Notes: generated from the sequence alone by a model not told the origin. A stretch of 62,396 nt of DNA, filler included, from 14 parts of 14 records of this genome joined end to end with filler, not necessarily neighbours in it, one strand, 5' to 3'; numbered from the whole stretch's first letter, positions 9,837 through 22,018 are shown. Translations and numbers: made by a program.

Positions 9837-11458
9837 TTATGGCGGCCGTTTGGGTTGGATTAGAGTCTTATCTGCCGCAACGCGTCCCTCTTCTAAAGCA
9901 GCTGGGATGCACGGTATCAGAACAACGCCGGTGAAGAACAAGAACAAAGCGACAAGCAGGAAATACAAGTGGCAATCAAACGGGAACACGCGCGCTGGGT
10001 CCAGTGACCACGCAAACAGCGGCGAGAGCAGCATGGGCCCCGCCGCTTTGCAGATTGAAGACAGAGTCATCCCCAGCCCTGCGCCCCACGTCAGATCGCC
10101 CGAGTGCAGCCTGGCAGCACCGTTAGCTCGCCCGAGCGCTGCCTGCGGAACTGAGTTGTTGAGTAGAACAAATGAGCTCACAAACCCGAAATAAAATCCA
10201 ATCTGCTTGAGACTAGAGAGCAGAATCAGCACCGGCATCCAGGCCGACTCACCTGCCGACCATTCACCCGCTGACCCGAGCCGGTCGCCGCACCGAGCAA
10301 GTTGGTGAACGGGACCGCCGCCACTGCCACACTGGCGCAGCAGCAGCCGTATCGCATAGACCTGCGGTACTTCCAGCGGAGCATCAGAGCTGGGCCCAAA
10401 CTGAGCTGAAACAGCATCGAGACGAGCCCGGTCCCAGCGAGCACCAGCCCGATGAAGCCAGGCCCGACCGCGAGTCCGCCGGCCTTCTGGGATGACAGTG
10501 CCCAGAGAGAGAGCACCTCATCTGTGGTGATCGAGACCAGAGAGATCGAGCAATAGACTGCAAGCATGATGCCCAGCTCGTAGTTTCCAGCCAGCCAGCT
10601 CCATTCCCCTTCCTCGGGCTCGTCTGAGCACTCCGGCTCTAGCTCTGGCGCCAGCCCCGGTTCGGCACGGTCGCTGGGTGCAGCCAACGGAGGGTCCGAC
10701 CCGGGACTACCGGGAGTCGAATCCGGCCGGTCTGCCAGTTCGATCCACTCTGACTCGGCTTCGTCCTCCTGCACGTGCACCCAGCCGCCCGGGGCCTCTC
10801 TCAGCTCCACCCAAGGCTCGGCCGCCAACTCCGCTGCTGGCTCCGGCTGAGGCTCCTCCGGTTGGTCGGTTGGCTCAGCAAGGCAGCAGCTAAGCGGAAT
10901 CAGCGCGCCGAGCTGGATCCCACCGCATATCAGGCACGGAAGAAGGTACGGAAAGTCGCCGCAGCAGACCCCAGCCAGCATCCCGCCGAGTATCGGGCCG
11001 GTCAGCAGCCCGAGCTGCCACTGGATCGAGATGAGCGACATGGCCTGCGGCTGCCGCTCCGGAGGGACCAGCGCCGGCACCAGCGCCTTGCTCACCGCCA
11101 TGATAGGGTTGCAGGCCCCAGTGAGCACCCGGATTGCCACAGCGGCCCAGTAGCTCTGGCACAACCCCAAGCCCATGGTCAGCAGCCCACTGAGCAGGCT
11201 GGCCAGACGAATCACCCGAACCCGGCCCCACCGGTCGGCTGCGAAGCCCCAGGGCGTACTGGCCGCGGTGCGGCCGAGCATGAAGGCCCCAGCCAGCAGC
11301 CCGGCCCAGTAGCCGGCCTGGTCTCGGCTGGGCGCCATACCGAAGTCGACCACCATCAGTCCCACGAACGGGAAGAGCAGCTGCACCTGCAGCACCGAGG
11401 CCCACAGTCCGAACGCCAGCACCAGCAGCCCCCGGCTCGGCAGCCCAGGGCACCGCAT
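9837..11458 (-). CDS. MFS transporter (ZIFL1 / TetA-like)
   Basis: MFS motif A WGFAADRWGRVRV and about 12 TM helices. Intron 10253-10293, plus an in-frame 42-nt intron whose removal restores LGRANGLGMT. Confidence 0.88.
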
Positions 11459-11582
11459 TGGGGGCTCGGAGCACTTGCGCTAGCTGCAGGGGCAGAGCTG
11501 CCGCGAGCCTCTAGATCATCGCACCAGGGATGTGAGCCGTGCGTCCTCCTTCTCACTGAAGCCGGACGCCGGGTTGCTCCGT

Positions 11583-11603
11583 CCGTTATTCCGGCCGGAG
11601 TTA
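11583..11603 (-). promoter_or_regulatory. Composite TAACTCCGGCCGGAATAACGG element in a divergent promoter
   Basis: Lies between 11458(-) and 11629(+) and has the same two half-sites as 4277-4293. Confidence 0.55.
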
Positions 11604-11628
11604 TCCTTGCTCGCGCCGCCCGCTCGAG

Positions 11629-12753
11629 ATGGCGGGGACCAGCGCGGACACGGCGAGCGCCACGCCGACGACGGAAGGCCAGCCGCTGCTGCCGACCGAG
11701 CCGCCGCCCAAGGCTATAGGCCCTCCGCCCAAGGCGGTGGAGGTGGTGGTGGGCGAGCAGGAGGCCCACTGGACCGAGCGGGCGGCAGCGCTCGGGCTGT
11801 TCTTTCTGATCGGGCCGGTGCTAATCTGGGTCAACCGGCGGCTGCTGGTGGACAAAAGGTTCGAGTATCCGGCACTCCTGTGCAGCACGGGCGTCATGTT
11901 CTCTGGGTTGTTCGGGCTGGGCTGCGTGGCGGCTGGGAAGGCGGAGCTGCCACACCGGGAGATGGTGACAGGCCGGTTCTGGATGAGCCGGGTGATGCCG
12001 ATCGGGTTCTTCCTGGCGATGACGCTGATGACCGGGAACTGGGCTTATATGCACCTGGGAGTTGCCTACATTCAGATACTTAAGGCGCTCGCACCTGTGT
12101 TCCTCGTGGGAATGCTTCTCTTCTTCAAAATGGAGCAACCGAGCGTACTGCTGCTCAGCGCGGTTGCGATCATGGTGGTAGGAACCCTCTGGTCCACCAC
12201 CGGCGAGCTTCGGTTCTCTGTGCTAGGCTTTGTGCTGATGATGTCCTCAGAGTTCTGCGAGTCAGCCAAACTAGTGTGCACGCAGAGCCTCCTCTCCGAC
12301 TGCAAGTTCACCACGATAGAAGGCATGCTCTACGTCTGCCCAGCCGGTTGCATATGGCTCTGGCTAATCTCGGCGTGCACTGAGGCTGATGGGCTCATCC
12401 ACCAAGGAGGGCTTGCTATCATGCGGGACAACTGGGGAATGTTCGCATTCGCTGGGCTGTTGGGGATTTTTATCAATCTGGCGGTGATCTGGGTTACTAA
12501 AGTCTGCTCCGCACTCACGCTCAAAGTGACATCAATGGCAAGGAACATGTGCATTGTGCTCGCTTCGCCTTTGCTGTTTGGCGATGTGATCATGCCGAGC
12601 CAACTGATCGGCTATATGATTGCGAGTTCAGGAATTGTGTTGTACAACTACTGCAGGAGCAACCCGGAGGTCGTAAAAAGTACGACAATAGCTAGCATTA
12701 TTGAGTGGGTGCGAGACGGATGGATACGGCACGAGACAACGGAGACAAGTTAG
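11629..12753 (+). CDS. Sugar-phosphate / nucleotide-sugar transporter (TPT/DMT family)
   Basis: 374 aa with about 10 TM helices. Motifs FEYP, GNWAYMHLGVAYIQILKALAPV and SALTLKV. Confidence 0.9.
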   Translation: MAGTSADTASATPTTEGQPLLPTEPPPKAIGPPPKAVEVVVGEQEAHWTERAAALGLFFLIGPVLIWVNRRLLVDKRFEYPALLCSTGVMFSGLFGLGCVAAGKAELPHREMVTGRFWMSRVMPIGFFLAMTLMTGNWAYMHLGVAYIQILKALAPVFLVGMLLFFKMEQPSVLLLSAVAIMVVGTLWSTTGELRFSVLGFVLMMSSEFCESAKLVCTQSLLSDCKFTTIEGMLYVCPAGCIWLWLISACTEADGLIHQGGLAIMRDNWGMFAFAGLLGIFINLAVIWVTKVCSALTLKVTSMARNMCIVLASPLLFGDVIMPSQLIGYMIASSGIVLYNYCRSNPEVVKSTTIASIIEWVRDGWIRHETTETS

Positions 12754-12854
12754 ATCCACTCGTAATGTTGGCAATTGTCCTTAAGTACCAATAGAATACA
12801 TGATTGTATGACCTCTGATTCACTGACTTGAACATTTGTAAATTTTATTTTAGT

Positions 12855-13827
12855 CTAAACTAATAACTCTTTTGGTGAATCCAACTCCGTAGATTCCGTT
12901 GCATTACTTGCCTGTGAAGGTTTGTTCTCTTGCTCCAAATCCGCTAATAGCTTTTTTACATCAGCTGCTGCATTCTTTAGTTGCTTATGCTTCTCCGCTG
13001 TAGTTTGAAGTGTGCGCAGAGTCTTCTCTTCTTGTTTCACACTTTTCTCCTTCTTCAAGTCGAGAGCAAGCTGCTCCTTTTTTAACTTGTCACGCTTGAT
13101 ACCAATCTCGCGATTCCCCTTTGCCTTGGCATCAGCCTCTTTCATGGCCTCTTGCTGAATTTCAGTCCTGCGCTCCGAAAGCTTATTTTTTTCATCATCC
13201 AGCTTTTGTTGATTGGTGCTCAGCTCCTGTGAGGAGGCCTTCACCTGACCGACCTGCTGCGTCACCCAGCCCTTCAATTGCTGGGCAGCATTTTTGATGA
13301 GACTATGCTTTGCCTCCACTTGGCGCAGTCGTTCCTCTATCTTCTTTTCCCTCACCGAAAGGGTCCAGTTCGCCTGAGTCACCACAGTCAGCAGGTGCGA
13401 GCAGGGTGGCGCACTTTCTGCTGGGCCACATGCTGCTGACGCAGGAGCTCAACCTTCTTGTTGACTCCATCGAACGTCTGGCTAGCAAATGTACGGAGTA
13501 CAGCTTCTGCCCGCTCCGGGCCGCGGTATCAGCAACCATCGCCTCCAGCTCGCGCTGCACTTGGGCACTTTTGGCCGCCTTGGCCGCCGCCGTGGCGTTG
13601 TCTGCCCTGGCTTGCGCCAGCGATGCCCTGGCCGAGTCTGCAGCCGAGTCTGCGGCCTCCCTGGCGTTCTCGGCCTCTTCCCTGTCCTCCCGAGCCTTCT
13701 GGAGCAGCTGCTGGCGGGAGCCCGGGGCGCCCAGGCTGCCCAGCCCGAGCTCCACCAGCTCCCCCATCGCAGGGACGGCCACCAGCGCCAGGATGGCCGC
13801 CAGAATCGCCGCCCGCAGCTCCCCCAT
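12855..13827 (-). CDS. Secreted coiled-coil protein, multi-exon
   Basis: Signal peptide MGELRAAILAAILALVAVPAMG followed by A/E/K-rich heptads. Two ORFs join through about 2 short introns. Confidence 0.6.
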
Positions 13828-14305
13828 CTGATGCCTTGAGATTCGGCGCTCCAGATCTACAGCTGTAGGGATCTTATCATTGAACTGAAGCTGGGAACTG
13901 GGAAATGGCGCCGGCTCCTAACAAGGTACTGACAAGGCAGAGAGCCAGGTGCCTCACAACTTACCCATGGCCACAACTCTAGTCGAAGTACTTCGTAAAA
14001 TTCCCGACGAGTAAATGTATTCTTGTTCCGCCTACAGTTCTTTTTAAAAATAAATAATCGATCTACGATTACCAACATGAGGCGCTAGGCCTAGGTGTAC
14101 AATGTCATGTACAAGTAAAGTATTTAGCGACTTTGTTAAATCGTAGTCGAATCGCGTCGGCGGTTGATTCCAAACCATCACATATATCAAAATCGGTAAA
14201 GAGCTNNNNNNNNNNNNNNNNNNNNNNNNNNNNNNNNNNNNNNNNNNNNTTAATTAATTAANNNNNNNNNNNNNNNNNNNNNNNNNNNNNNNNNNNNNNN
14301 NNNNN

Positions 14306-15270
14306 TGGGCAGCCTGCCCGGGGCCGAGCGGAGCTGGCGGGTCGGGTTTGTGCTGTTTCTCTGCGGGAACGTGACGCACTTCGTGGCGTTCATGTTCGCC
14401 GCCCAGAGCTTGCTCGAGGGGCTCGGGGCCAGCATGTTCCTGTTCAACCTCTGGTTCGCCTCCTGTCTGAACCAGGAGCCGGTCACATCCCGGCACCTCG
14501 GGCTCACTGGTAGGAAGATCCTAGATCGCAACGAGCTGATCACCGCTGTGCTGCAGGGCTAGTTGTGGCGGGAGTGGCCCTGGTGGTGCTCTTCGGGTCG
14601 CACGCCGAGCAACGGCACAGCCTGCCCCAGCTGCTCGCGCTGTTCCAACGGACGGCCTTCCTGGTGTACGCCGGTCTGGTGCTAGCGGCGGCCGGGCTGT
14701 TGGAGGCGGTTGCGCACAGGGCGGGGGAGACCGGGCAGACGAGGCTGCTCGGGTACAGCTACGGCGGGGCCTCGGCGATGGTCGGCTCGTTCTCGGTGCT
14801 GCTGAGCAAGTCGCTGGCGGAGGGGCTGCACCAGGCGCTGAGCACTGGCCGGGTCGACCCGCTGGTGCTGCCGCTGGTGGTGGTCTGGGCGGCTGTAGTC
14901 TGCTGGTGGCTGTACCGGCTCAATCAATGCCTCAGTCGGTTCCCGGCGCTCTTCATCGTGCCGCTGCTGCACGGTGACCAACCGAATGCCACCTAGTATC
15001 GCATGTTGTACTGTTCTGAGCTTAATTAATGTGGTGATTTTGTCAGCCGTGTGGCTGTCGTGCGCTGTGGTGAGTGGCGGGATCTTCTTCAGGGAGTTTG
15101 ATCAGATGGGCCGTGGACAGGCCGCGTTGTTCGGGCTAGGCATGCTGACCCTGCTGGTCGGAGTGGCGCTCATGCCTGCCGAGCTGCAAGAGCCGACGTC
15201 AGACGAGGCCGAGGCTAGTAGCTATGTAGAAACCGAAAAGCTCACCTCGCACTCGGATCTCGAACTTTGA
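14306..15270 (+). CDS. NIPA-family magnesium transporter, 5'-truncated
   Basis: Motifs FAAQSLLEGLG, LLSKSL and RLNQCLSRFPALFIVPL..VSGGIFFREF. GT-AG introns at about 14509-14557 and 14974-15045. Confidence 0.85.
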
Positions 15271-15287
15271 TCTGTTTATAATGCTAA

Positions 15288-17345
15288 TTAGTAAGCTAGC
15301 GAGTGAATCTTGTCCTCGAGTTGTTTGAGGTCCGGCACTAGAGCCATTGCGGCCTCAGCCCGAACTGCGGCCACTCCAAACCTGGTGGACATGTGCGTGC
15401 CAGCCACCGCTACCACTGGGGTGCCCGCCCAAAGCACGTCGAGCGTGGTCGAATGGCCGTTCCAGGCCACCGTATCAAGCGCGATGTCGGCCCGCCCCAA
15501 CCGCTGCGCATACCTGTTGGAGCTAGCTGCGGCGAATGCCCTGAAGCAGACGGTTGGGGCGCAGCCTCGGGCCGCCGCCTCGGCCTGAAGCAGCCTGGCT
15601 GCCTCCACCGGCCGGACCAGCTGATTAAGCACCACCCGGCCTCGGCGGGCCGCCCCCAGCCAGGCAGTCAGAGTGTCCGGGTCCAGCTTGACAGGCCGGT
15701 TGAACGAGCCAAGCAACACCGCACCCGGCCCGGCGCCAAACCGGCCTGGCGCCGCGCTGTGGTCCGGGGCGGTCTCAGTGAGCTGCACGTCCGCGCCCAC
15801 TGCGTGGCTTGAGGCATGATAGATCCACGGGAGCAGCACGGGTCTTTCAATCTGCAGCCCCGGGCCTAGCTGGGACGGCGGGCACACGCCCGAGTCTGCA
15901 AACTGGTACATCTGAGCTGCCGTCACCTCTCCGCGCGCCACATGCTGGACCATGCGCCTGCCACACCAGCCTCAGCCCGCTGCTGCCCCAGCTCGGACCG
16001 CTTGTCCTGCCGGCGGCTCTGCCAGCTCGCGAGCTCGATGCGGAGGGACACAGCGTCAGCACTCGCAAACAGCTCATACTCTGTCAGCTCCTCGGCTCTG
16101 CTGCTCAGGCTGAGCACTTCGGCGGCCAGTGGATGGCTGGTCAGCATCAGCGCGTGCGCTCGCTCCTGCATTGCCCGCACATCCTTCGGGTTGAGCACAA
16201 GAGCTTGTCCAAATGCAGCAGCAGCCTGGCTCGGCTGATTCAACACAGTGTACAGCCTGCAACAGGCTTTCGCGCCAGCAGCCAGCAGCGCACCGGCCGA
16301 GGTTGAAGTAAAGGTCTGGGTTGGCTGGATCCATCCGTGCTGCTTTCTCGCACTGCCGGATGGCGCTGTCAGGTGAGCCTGAAGGCAGCAGCTCCACCAG
16401 CACCCCGCACTGGCCACCAGTCAGCCTCGGCCACCGTGCGCGCACCAGGTTGCCCGCGTGCGCCGGGTGCCCCGGGTCCAGCTCGGCCGCCCGCTCGAGT
16501 TGTCTCCTGGCCTCGCCCAGCGCCCCCATGGCCATCGAGAGCATCCCGAGCTCAGCCCACAGCCCTCCAAGCGCTCCCCGCCGAGTCTCAGACTGCACCG
16601 CCCGCTTGAGCGCAGCTGCAGCCTCTCGCAGCCGGCCTCGGTCAGCCAGCAGCCCCCCGAGCACCCTGTAGCCCTGCGAGAGCGCTACCGCGTCCGACCC
16701 CGTGAGCACTGCCCTCTCGGCGTGCCACAGCTCACCAGACAGCTGCGCTAGCTGGCTCCAGCCGGCCGAGTTGTCCGGCAGCTGGCTGAGCGCCGCCTCC
16801 AGCGTGCCGGCCGCCCTGCCCCGCTCGCCCAGCTTGGCCAGCGCAGCCCCGAGCACCATCGCCGCCTCCGGGTTCCGACCCAGCTCGAGTCCTCTGAACG
16901 CCTCCACCGCCGCCGCCGGCTTCCCGAGCGCCAGCAGGCCCTCCGCCCGCATCGCAGTGGCCGCGCCCGCCGCTTTGGGCCCGTCGAGCTGGATGCTGCG
17001 CTTGGTGGCGGCCTGTGCCTGTCCGAAGGCCTGCACCGCCTCCGAGATCCTCCCGAGCTCCCTCAGCACCGTCCCCAGGCTCATCCAGTCGTCGTAGCCC
17101 CCCGCCAGCAGCGCCGCCTTCCCAAACGCCTCAGCGGCCAGCTCGGCCTGCTCGAGCCGCCGGTGCGCCAGCCCCAGATTGGCCCAGCCGTGCCCGGAGC
17201 TTGGGTCTAGCGCTAGCGCCGCCCTGTACAGTCCGACGCTTCGGCCAGGATCTGGCTCGAGCAGCCCGTCCGCCCGCTCGAGAAGCTCGCCCACCTCACC
17301 CGCCGCCGCCCACCCGCACCACACCACCGCACACCACCACCGCAT
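15288..17345 (-). CDS. Signal-peptide TPR protein with a partial GT41 (OGT/SPINDLY-like) catalytic region
   Basis: N-terminal hydrophobic segment, many TPRs and three introns of 36-41 nt (one at 15958-15998). C-cat motifs GSFNRPVKLDP and DIALDTVAWNGHSTTLDVLWAGTPVV. Confidence 0.8.
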
Positions 17346-17392
17346 CGTACACCCGCTGTTGCTGGCCGCTGCCGCCTGCCGGGGCTCCGTCA

Positions 17393-17408
17393 TAACGGCT
17401 TCTAACGG
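17393..17408 (+). promoter_or_regulatory. Tandem TAACGG sites, 10 bp apart, in an 87-bp divergent spacer
   Basis: TAACGGCTTCTAACGG between starts at 17345(-) and 17433(+). Confidence 0.55.
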
Positions 17409-17432
17409 CTTTCTCCTTCTACGGGAAGTAAG

Positions 17433-18754
17433 ATGCTGTGGCTGGTGGGGCTGGTTTTGGGGGGGCTGTGCGGGGCGGACCGGGTGCCAGAGTGGGCGGC
17501 CGAGTTCCGGGCCGGGAGCGAGCTGCAGGCCGGGCTGGACGCGGCCATCGCGGCCGGGGCCGACCGATTCGATCTCCCGGCCGGCTCCTGGCGGTTCAGC
17601 GGGCGAGGGCTGCGGGTGCGGGGGGCCGTGGACTTGAGGATTAGCGGGGCCGGGCCGGGGCTGACACAGCTGTGGTTCGAGCCCGGGTTCGGAGTGCAGG
17701 TGGCCGATAGCGTCAACCTGAGTCTGTCAGAGCTCTGGCTGGACTGCCTCACCCCGCCGAACGCCCAGGGGACCCTAGAGCGGGCCGACAGCGGCAGCAT
17801 CGCGGTCCGGATAGAGCCAGGATTCCCGCTGCCGGACCGGGGCCGGCTGTTTGCGCAGAGCTCGGAGATCAAGGCTGTGTTCTGGCTGGGCGGCCGGATG
17901 GTGCAGGGCCAGCAGATGAACAACCCCGTCAGGACGGCCCGGTGCGACCACGAGCGGCTGTGCAACCTGAGCCTGCCGCTGTTGAGCTGGTGGCCGCCGG
18001 CCGGGGCGCAAGTGACCCTCTCGCCCCGAATATGGTCGAGCGAGTATCCGGTCCCGAGCTTCTACAAGGGCACGGTCGGGATCTTCAACTGCTCGGGCTG
18101 CCTGTTTGAGGCAGTTAGCGTCTTCTCCTCGGGCGACATGGTCTGGGTGGAGAACCTCGGGCCAGGAGCCAACACCTACAGGCGGCTCACTGTAGCCCGG
18201 CGGCCGGAGCCCTCGCCGTATGCGCGGCGGCTGCTGGCGGCCAACAACGACGGTTTCCACTCGATGAGCTGCGGCGTGGGTCCGGTGCTCGAGGATTCCC
18301 AGTTTGGGTTCCTGGCCGACGATTTCGTCAACATCCACAACCGATTGATCCCTCTCGCCCACTGGGACGCTCGCACCAGCACCGCGATCCTGCTTGACGT
18401 GGGCGACGCGCCCGGGCTAAACTACACGGCCACCCGAGCCGGCGGGCAGGGCTGCGCGCACGTGTGCACCAACCAGAGCTGCGTCTTCTCGCATGTGGAC
18501 CCTGCGCTCGCACACGAGGTGAGTGCAGAGGGCAACACAGTGCGCAACTACTCACGGATATAGTCGCACCGCACTGTACAATCATGTACTCGTACCACGT
18601 TATGATGCTCTCTCCCGAGTCAGAGCACTCGGATAGTTCAATGCTCGAGAATAAAGAATTAGATAGATACTAATGCTCCTCCGCCAGCGGGCGGTATTAA
18701 TTAAGCGGGCGGTCGCTGCGGCACCAGCTCGCCGTGTCCGCCCAGCAGCCCGCG
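17433..18754 (+). CDS. Secreted right-handed beta-helix protein (GH110 alpha-galactosidase-like), probably 3'-truncated
   Basis: Signal peptide, LPAGSWRF and NNDGFHSMSCGVGPVLEDSQFGFLADDFVNIH. The ORF stops at 18563, but a GTGAGT donor at 18519 and a CTAAT..CAG acceptor at 18687 suggest it continues to the contig edge. Confidence 0.65.
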
Positions 18755-18854
18755 NNNNNNNNNNNNNNNNNNNNNNNNNNNNNNNNNNNNNNNNNNNNTT
18801 AATTAATTAANNNNNNNNNNNNNNNNNNNNNNNNNNNNNNNNNNNNNNNNNNNN

Positions 18855-19300
18855 CCTGCTCAAGCGGGCGCGACAGGCCGCTCAGCGAGGGCCGGCTCGA
18901 GCGGACCGGCTCCTCCTCGTCGACCAGACTGTCCGCCCGCGGCTGGTCGGCCCGGGCGCTGCACGGCACGGCCTCCGACCAGCCAAACCGCCGCTTGAGC
19001 GCGTAGTGCATAAAGCCGTCGAGCACCTGCAGATCGGCCAGCGAGCCGCGTCGAATCTCATCCTCGAGGAAAGTGTCGTGCACCGCGTGGAGCAGATCCA
19101 CCTGCCCAGCAGACCCGCGCTTGCCTGGGCCCGGGCCCCGCTATCGGGCTGGCCACACCTCTCCGAGCGCATCGCCCGAGGCAAGGCGAGTCTCGACTTG
19201 CGACAGCCACTGCTGATCCTGTGGCAGCGCCAGCAGCGGTCAGATCCGCGCGTGCATGGGCGCGGAGGGGGTGAGCAGGCACCATCATCGGAGACGACTC
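18855..19300 (-). CDS. 5' part of an unknown multi-exon protein
   Basis: MMDQQWLSQVETRLASGDALGE|VDLLHAVHDTFLEDEIRRG... is obtained by removing two GT-AG introns. The start position is approximate. Confidence 0.4.
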
Positions 19301-19624
19301 TGCAGACCGGAGGTCATCTGCGGCCTTCGGGCACCCGCAGCAGCATGCGCCAGAACATATGATTGTCAACGGATTTGCAACCCCAATGCCACTGCCACCG
19401 GTTGCGTGTAGCTGTAGCCACACCGGACGCGGCCATGCAACACATAATGCGCGGTAACCGCACACACGCAAGCGTGGTATCTTCTTGCATGGGCGTGGAT
19501 AGAAGAGAGTATAAATAATAATGGATATAATGTGGATATAATTGATGCTATCTCTGGCTCTAGATGCGCTTATCGTGATTGCAGGTGCCTCTGGGGCAAC
19601 GGGCAACTAGGTAACATAGCGGCA

Positions 19625-21876
19625 TCACTCACATGCCGCCTTCTGTAAGGCAACCACCGTTTCGGCCCCTTTCTCAGCTGTCGTTTTCTTGGCTTTGGGC
19701 AGCGAGCCTCCGGGGTCGACCAGTGAGATCCAATTGACCTGGCACTTGTCTTCTCCCTCGGGCTTAAGCATCGTGGCCTGCACAACAATCCGGCCGCGCT
19801 TGTACTTGTTCTTCTTCCACTTGATCTCCTTGTTCGCGTTCTTCTCGGACAGCAACCCCTCATACTTGGCTGCCTCCTGGTCAGATATCGACACATTCAC
19901 GATCGACGTCTGGGCCGGCTCCTGCCCAGCCACTCAGTGCGCAGCAAGCTCGGCCTGCCACAGTGTTGATCCAAGAGACGTAAACAAAGTCCCGGTCCGA
20001 CACGATCGGCAAGCTCACCGCCTGCAGCCGGCTGAAAGGGCCCCAGTGGCAAGCTCTGCACCAGCCAGTCGATTCTAAGGTCTGGAGTCAGCTGCTCCAG
20101 TGTACAGCCCTTGGCGTTCTGCCCGCCTGCTCGAGTCCGGCGCTCACCGGCAGCTCACCTTGGGCAGGCCCTTGCCGGCTCGTATCGTCTCGCGAATCTT
20201 GGCTACTGAGGCCTGGATCGTGCACTTGACTCGCACCAGCACCTGCGCTCCCGGTCACGGCCTGGCACCGGCCGGGCACCATGTCGTCCATCTCTTGATA
20301 CTGCACCGAGCATTCCTGCAGCGCCTTGGGCGGCTTCCTGAGAGTCTCCCACTCGGATTTGGAGTCGGCTCTGAAGCTCATCGCGCGCTCGAGTGTCTGG
20401 CCCTCTACACTCAGTCGGAGCCACAAACCCAAACAAACCTTCTCAGCGGCAATGCGCGCACCCTCCGCAGCAGCCCTCTGCGCGTTTGCGGCCTTCGCCG
20501 CCAGTTCCGCCTCCGCCTCGGCTGCTTTGGCTGCCGCCATCTCCTCAGCCGCTTTGGTGGCCTGCTCGGCGGCAGCAGCGGCCGCAACCTCGGCCTCCGC
20601 TGCTGCTTTCGCTGCTGCGGCCTCTGCATCCGCTGCAGATGTCTTCTTCTGCATCTCAGCCTCGTATGAATCCTGCTGATCCCGCCGCCAGCTCGCTCCA
20701 CGCTGCTTGGCTGATGATGCAGCTTGTGTCAGGGACAGTGCCTTGTCCTCCGCGGCCTTGGCAGCCGCCGCCGCCTCCGCGCCGGCCGCTTGGGCAGCAG
20801 CAGCCTGCTGCGCTCTCTCGCTGGCCTCAGCAGCCGACGCCGCTGCACGCTCCTGAGCGGCGGTCGCTGCCGCAGCTGCATCCTCTGCCGCAGTAGCCGC
20901 CGCAGCTGCTGCCTTCTGATCATCCTCGTGCCCCCGCTGTAGCAGCAAGTCCACTGCCTGTCTCAAATCGCCGTTGGTAGCGTCAAGACACTCTCTGACC
21001 ACTGGCTCGTTCGCAAATCCGAGCTCCCACAGCCTGTGCATCTCCTGATTCCATTTGGCACCGCCAGCACTCCCCGATGAATCAGCCGCGCTGTACGCAC
21101 TGTCATTCGCCGGCTCCGGCACCATCGTCTGCTCGATCGCAATCTGTATCCGCTCATCCTCCGAGAGTGTGTTCAGGTATGACCGCATGATGTCTCGCTC
21201 GCCCTCATCGAGGTTATCAGGGTGGCTAGTGACCGCCCACTTCCACAGTTTAGCTCGCTCCTGCTCGTCGTCCTGGTGCTCCTTCTGCATGAGCAGGTCG
21301 GCCGCCTTCCACAGATCCCCCTTCACAGACTTAAGGCACTCCAGCGCGGTCCGCTGGTTGGTGAACCCGAGATCGGCCAGCACCCTCAAGCTCTCTTTTG
21401 CCTCGTCCGACACTTCGGACACATACACGAACTCCTGTGGCCAGCACCATCAGCCGGGCGGCCTGCCCCAGCGGGGGCGCCTGCGCGGCCGGCGGGGCGC
21501 TAACTGTGGTCTGCTGGATAGCGATCTCCACCTGCTCTTCCTCCGAAAGAGTCTTCAGGTAGGCTCGCATTAGCTCGCGCTCGCCGGAGCTCAGGCTGTC
21601 CGGGTGGGTGTTGGTGGCCCACTTCCATAGCTGGGCGCGCTCCTCCGGGGTCAGTTTGGACATGTCGGACACTTGGAGATTGAAGATGGCATATTCCACC
21701 TGCCGCACCCCGGGCTCACCCCGGGATCGGCCGGCTGGTACACCCACCGCTTCCGGAGAATCGCCGGCGCCCGGCGTGACCGAGCGGTCATCGCTGGCGG
21801 ACTCGCCGGCGCCGCTCGAGTTGTTGGCGGCCTGCACAACGCTTAAGGCTGCGCGGAGTACGCAGCGCACCGGCAT
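19625..21876 (-). CDS. UIM/UBA-repeat, coiled-coil, START-domain protein
   Basis: Two UIM-like motifs (LSEEEQVEIAIQQT, LSEDERIQIAIEQT), two UBA domains (LADLGF..ALECL..GDLWKAADLL, LWELGF..ECL..NGDLRQAVDLL) and an Ala-rich coil. The spliced C-terminus has START motifs LPIVSDRDFVY and VDPGGSLP. About 8 short introns. Confidence 0.8.
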
Positions 21877-22018
21877 GGAAAGAAGAAACTCGCCCTGCAG
21901 CGTGGACCACTGAAGATTNNNNNNNNNNNNNNNNNNNNNNNNNNNNNNNNNNNNNNNNNNNNTTAATTAATTAANNNNNNNNNNNNNNNNNNNNNNNNNN
22001 NNNNNNNNNNNNNNNNNN

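Noticed and set aside
18686-18713. AGCGGGCGGT direct repeat around ATTAATTA as a transposon footprint
   Set aside because: Too short to distinguish from chance, and it can be read as in-frame exon sequence after the 18687 acceptor.
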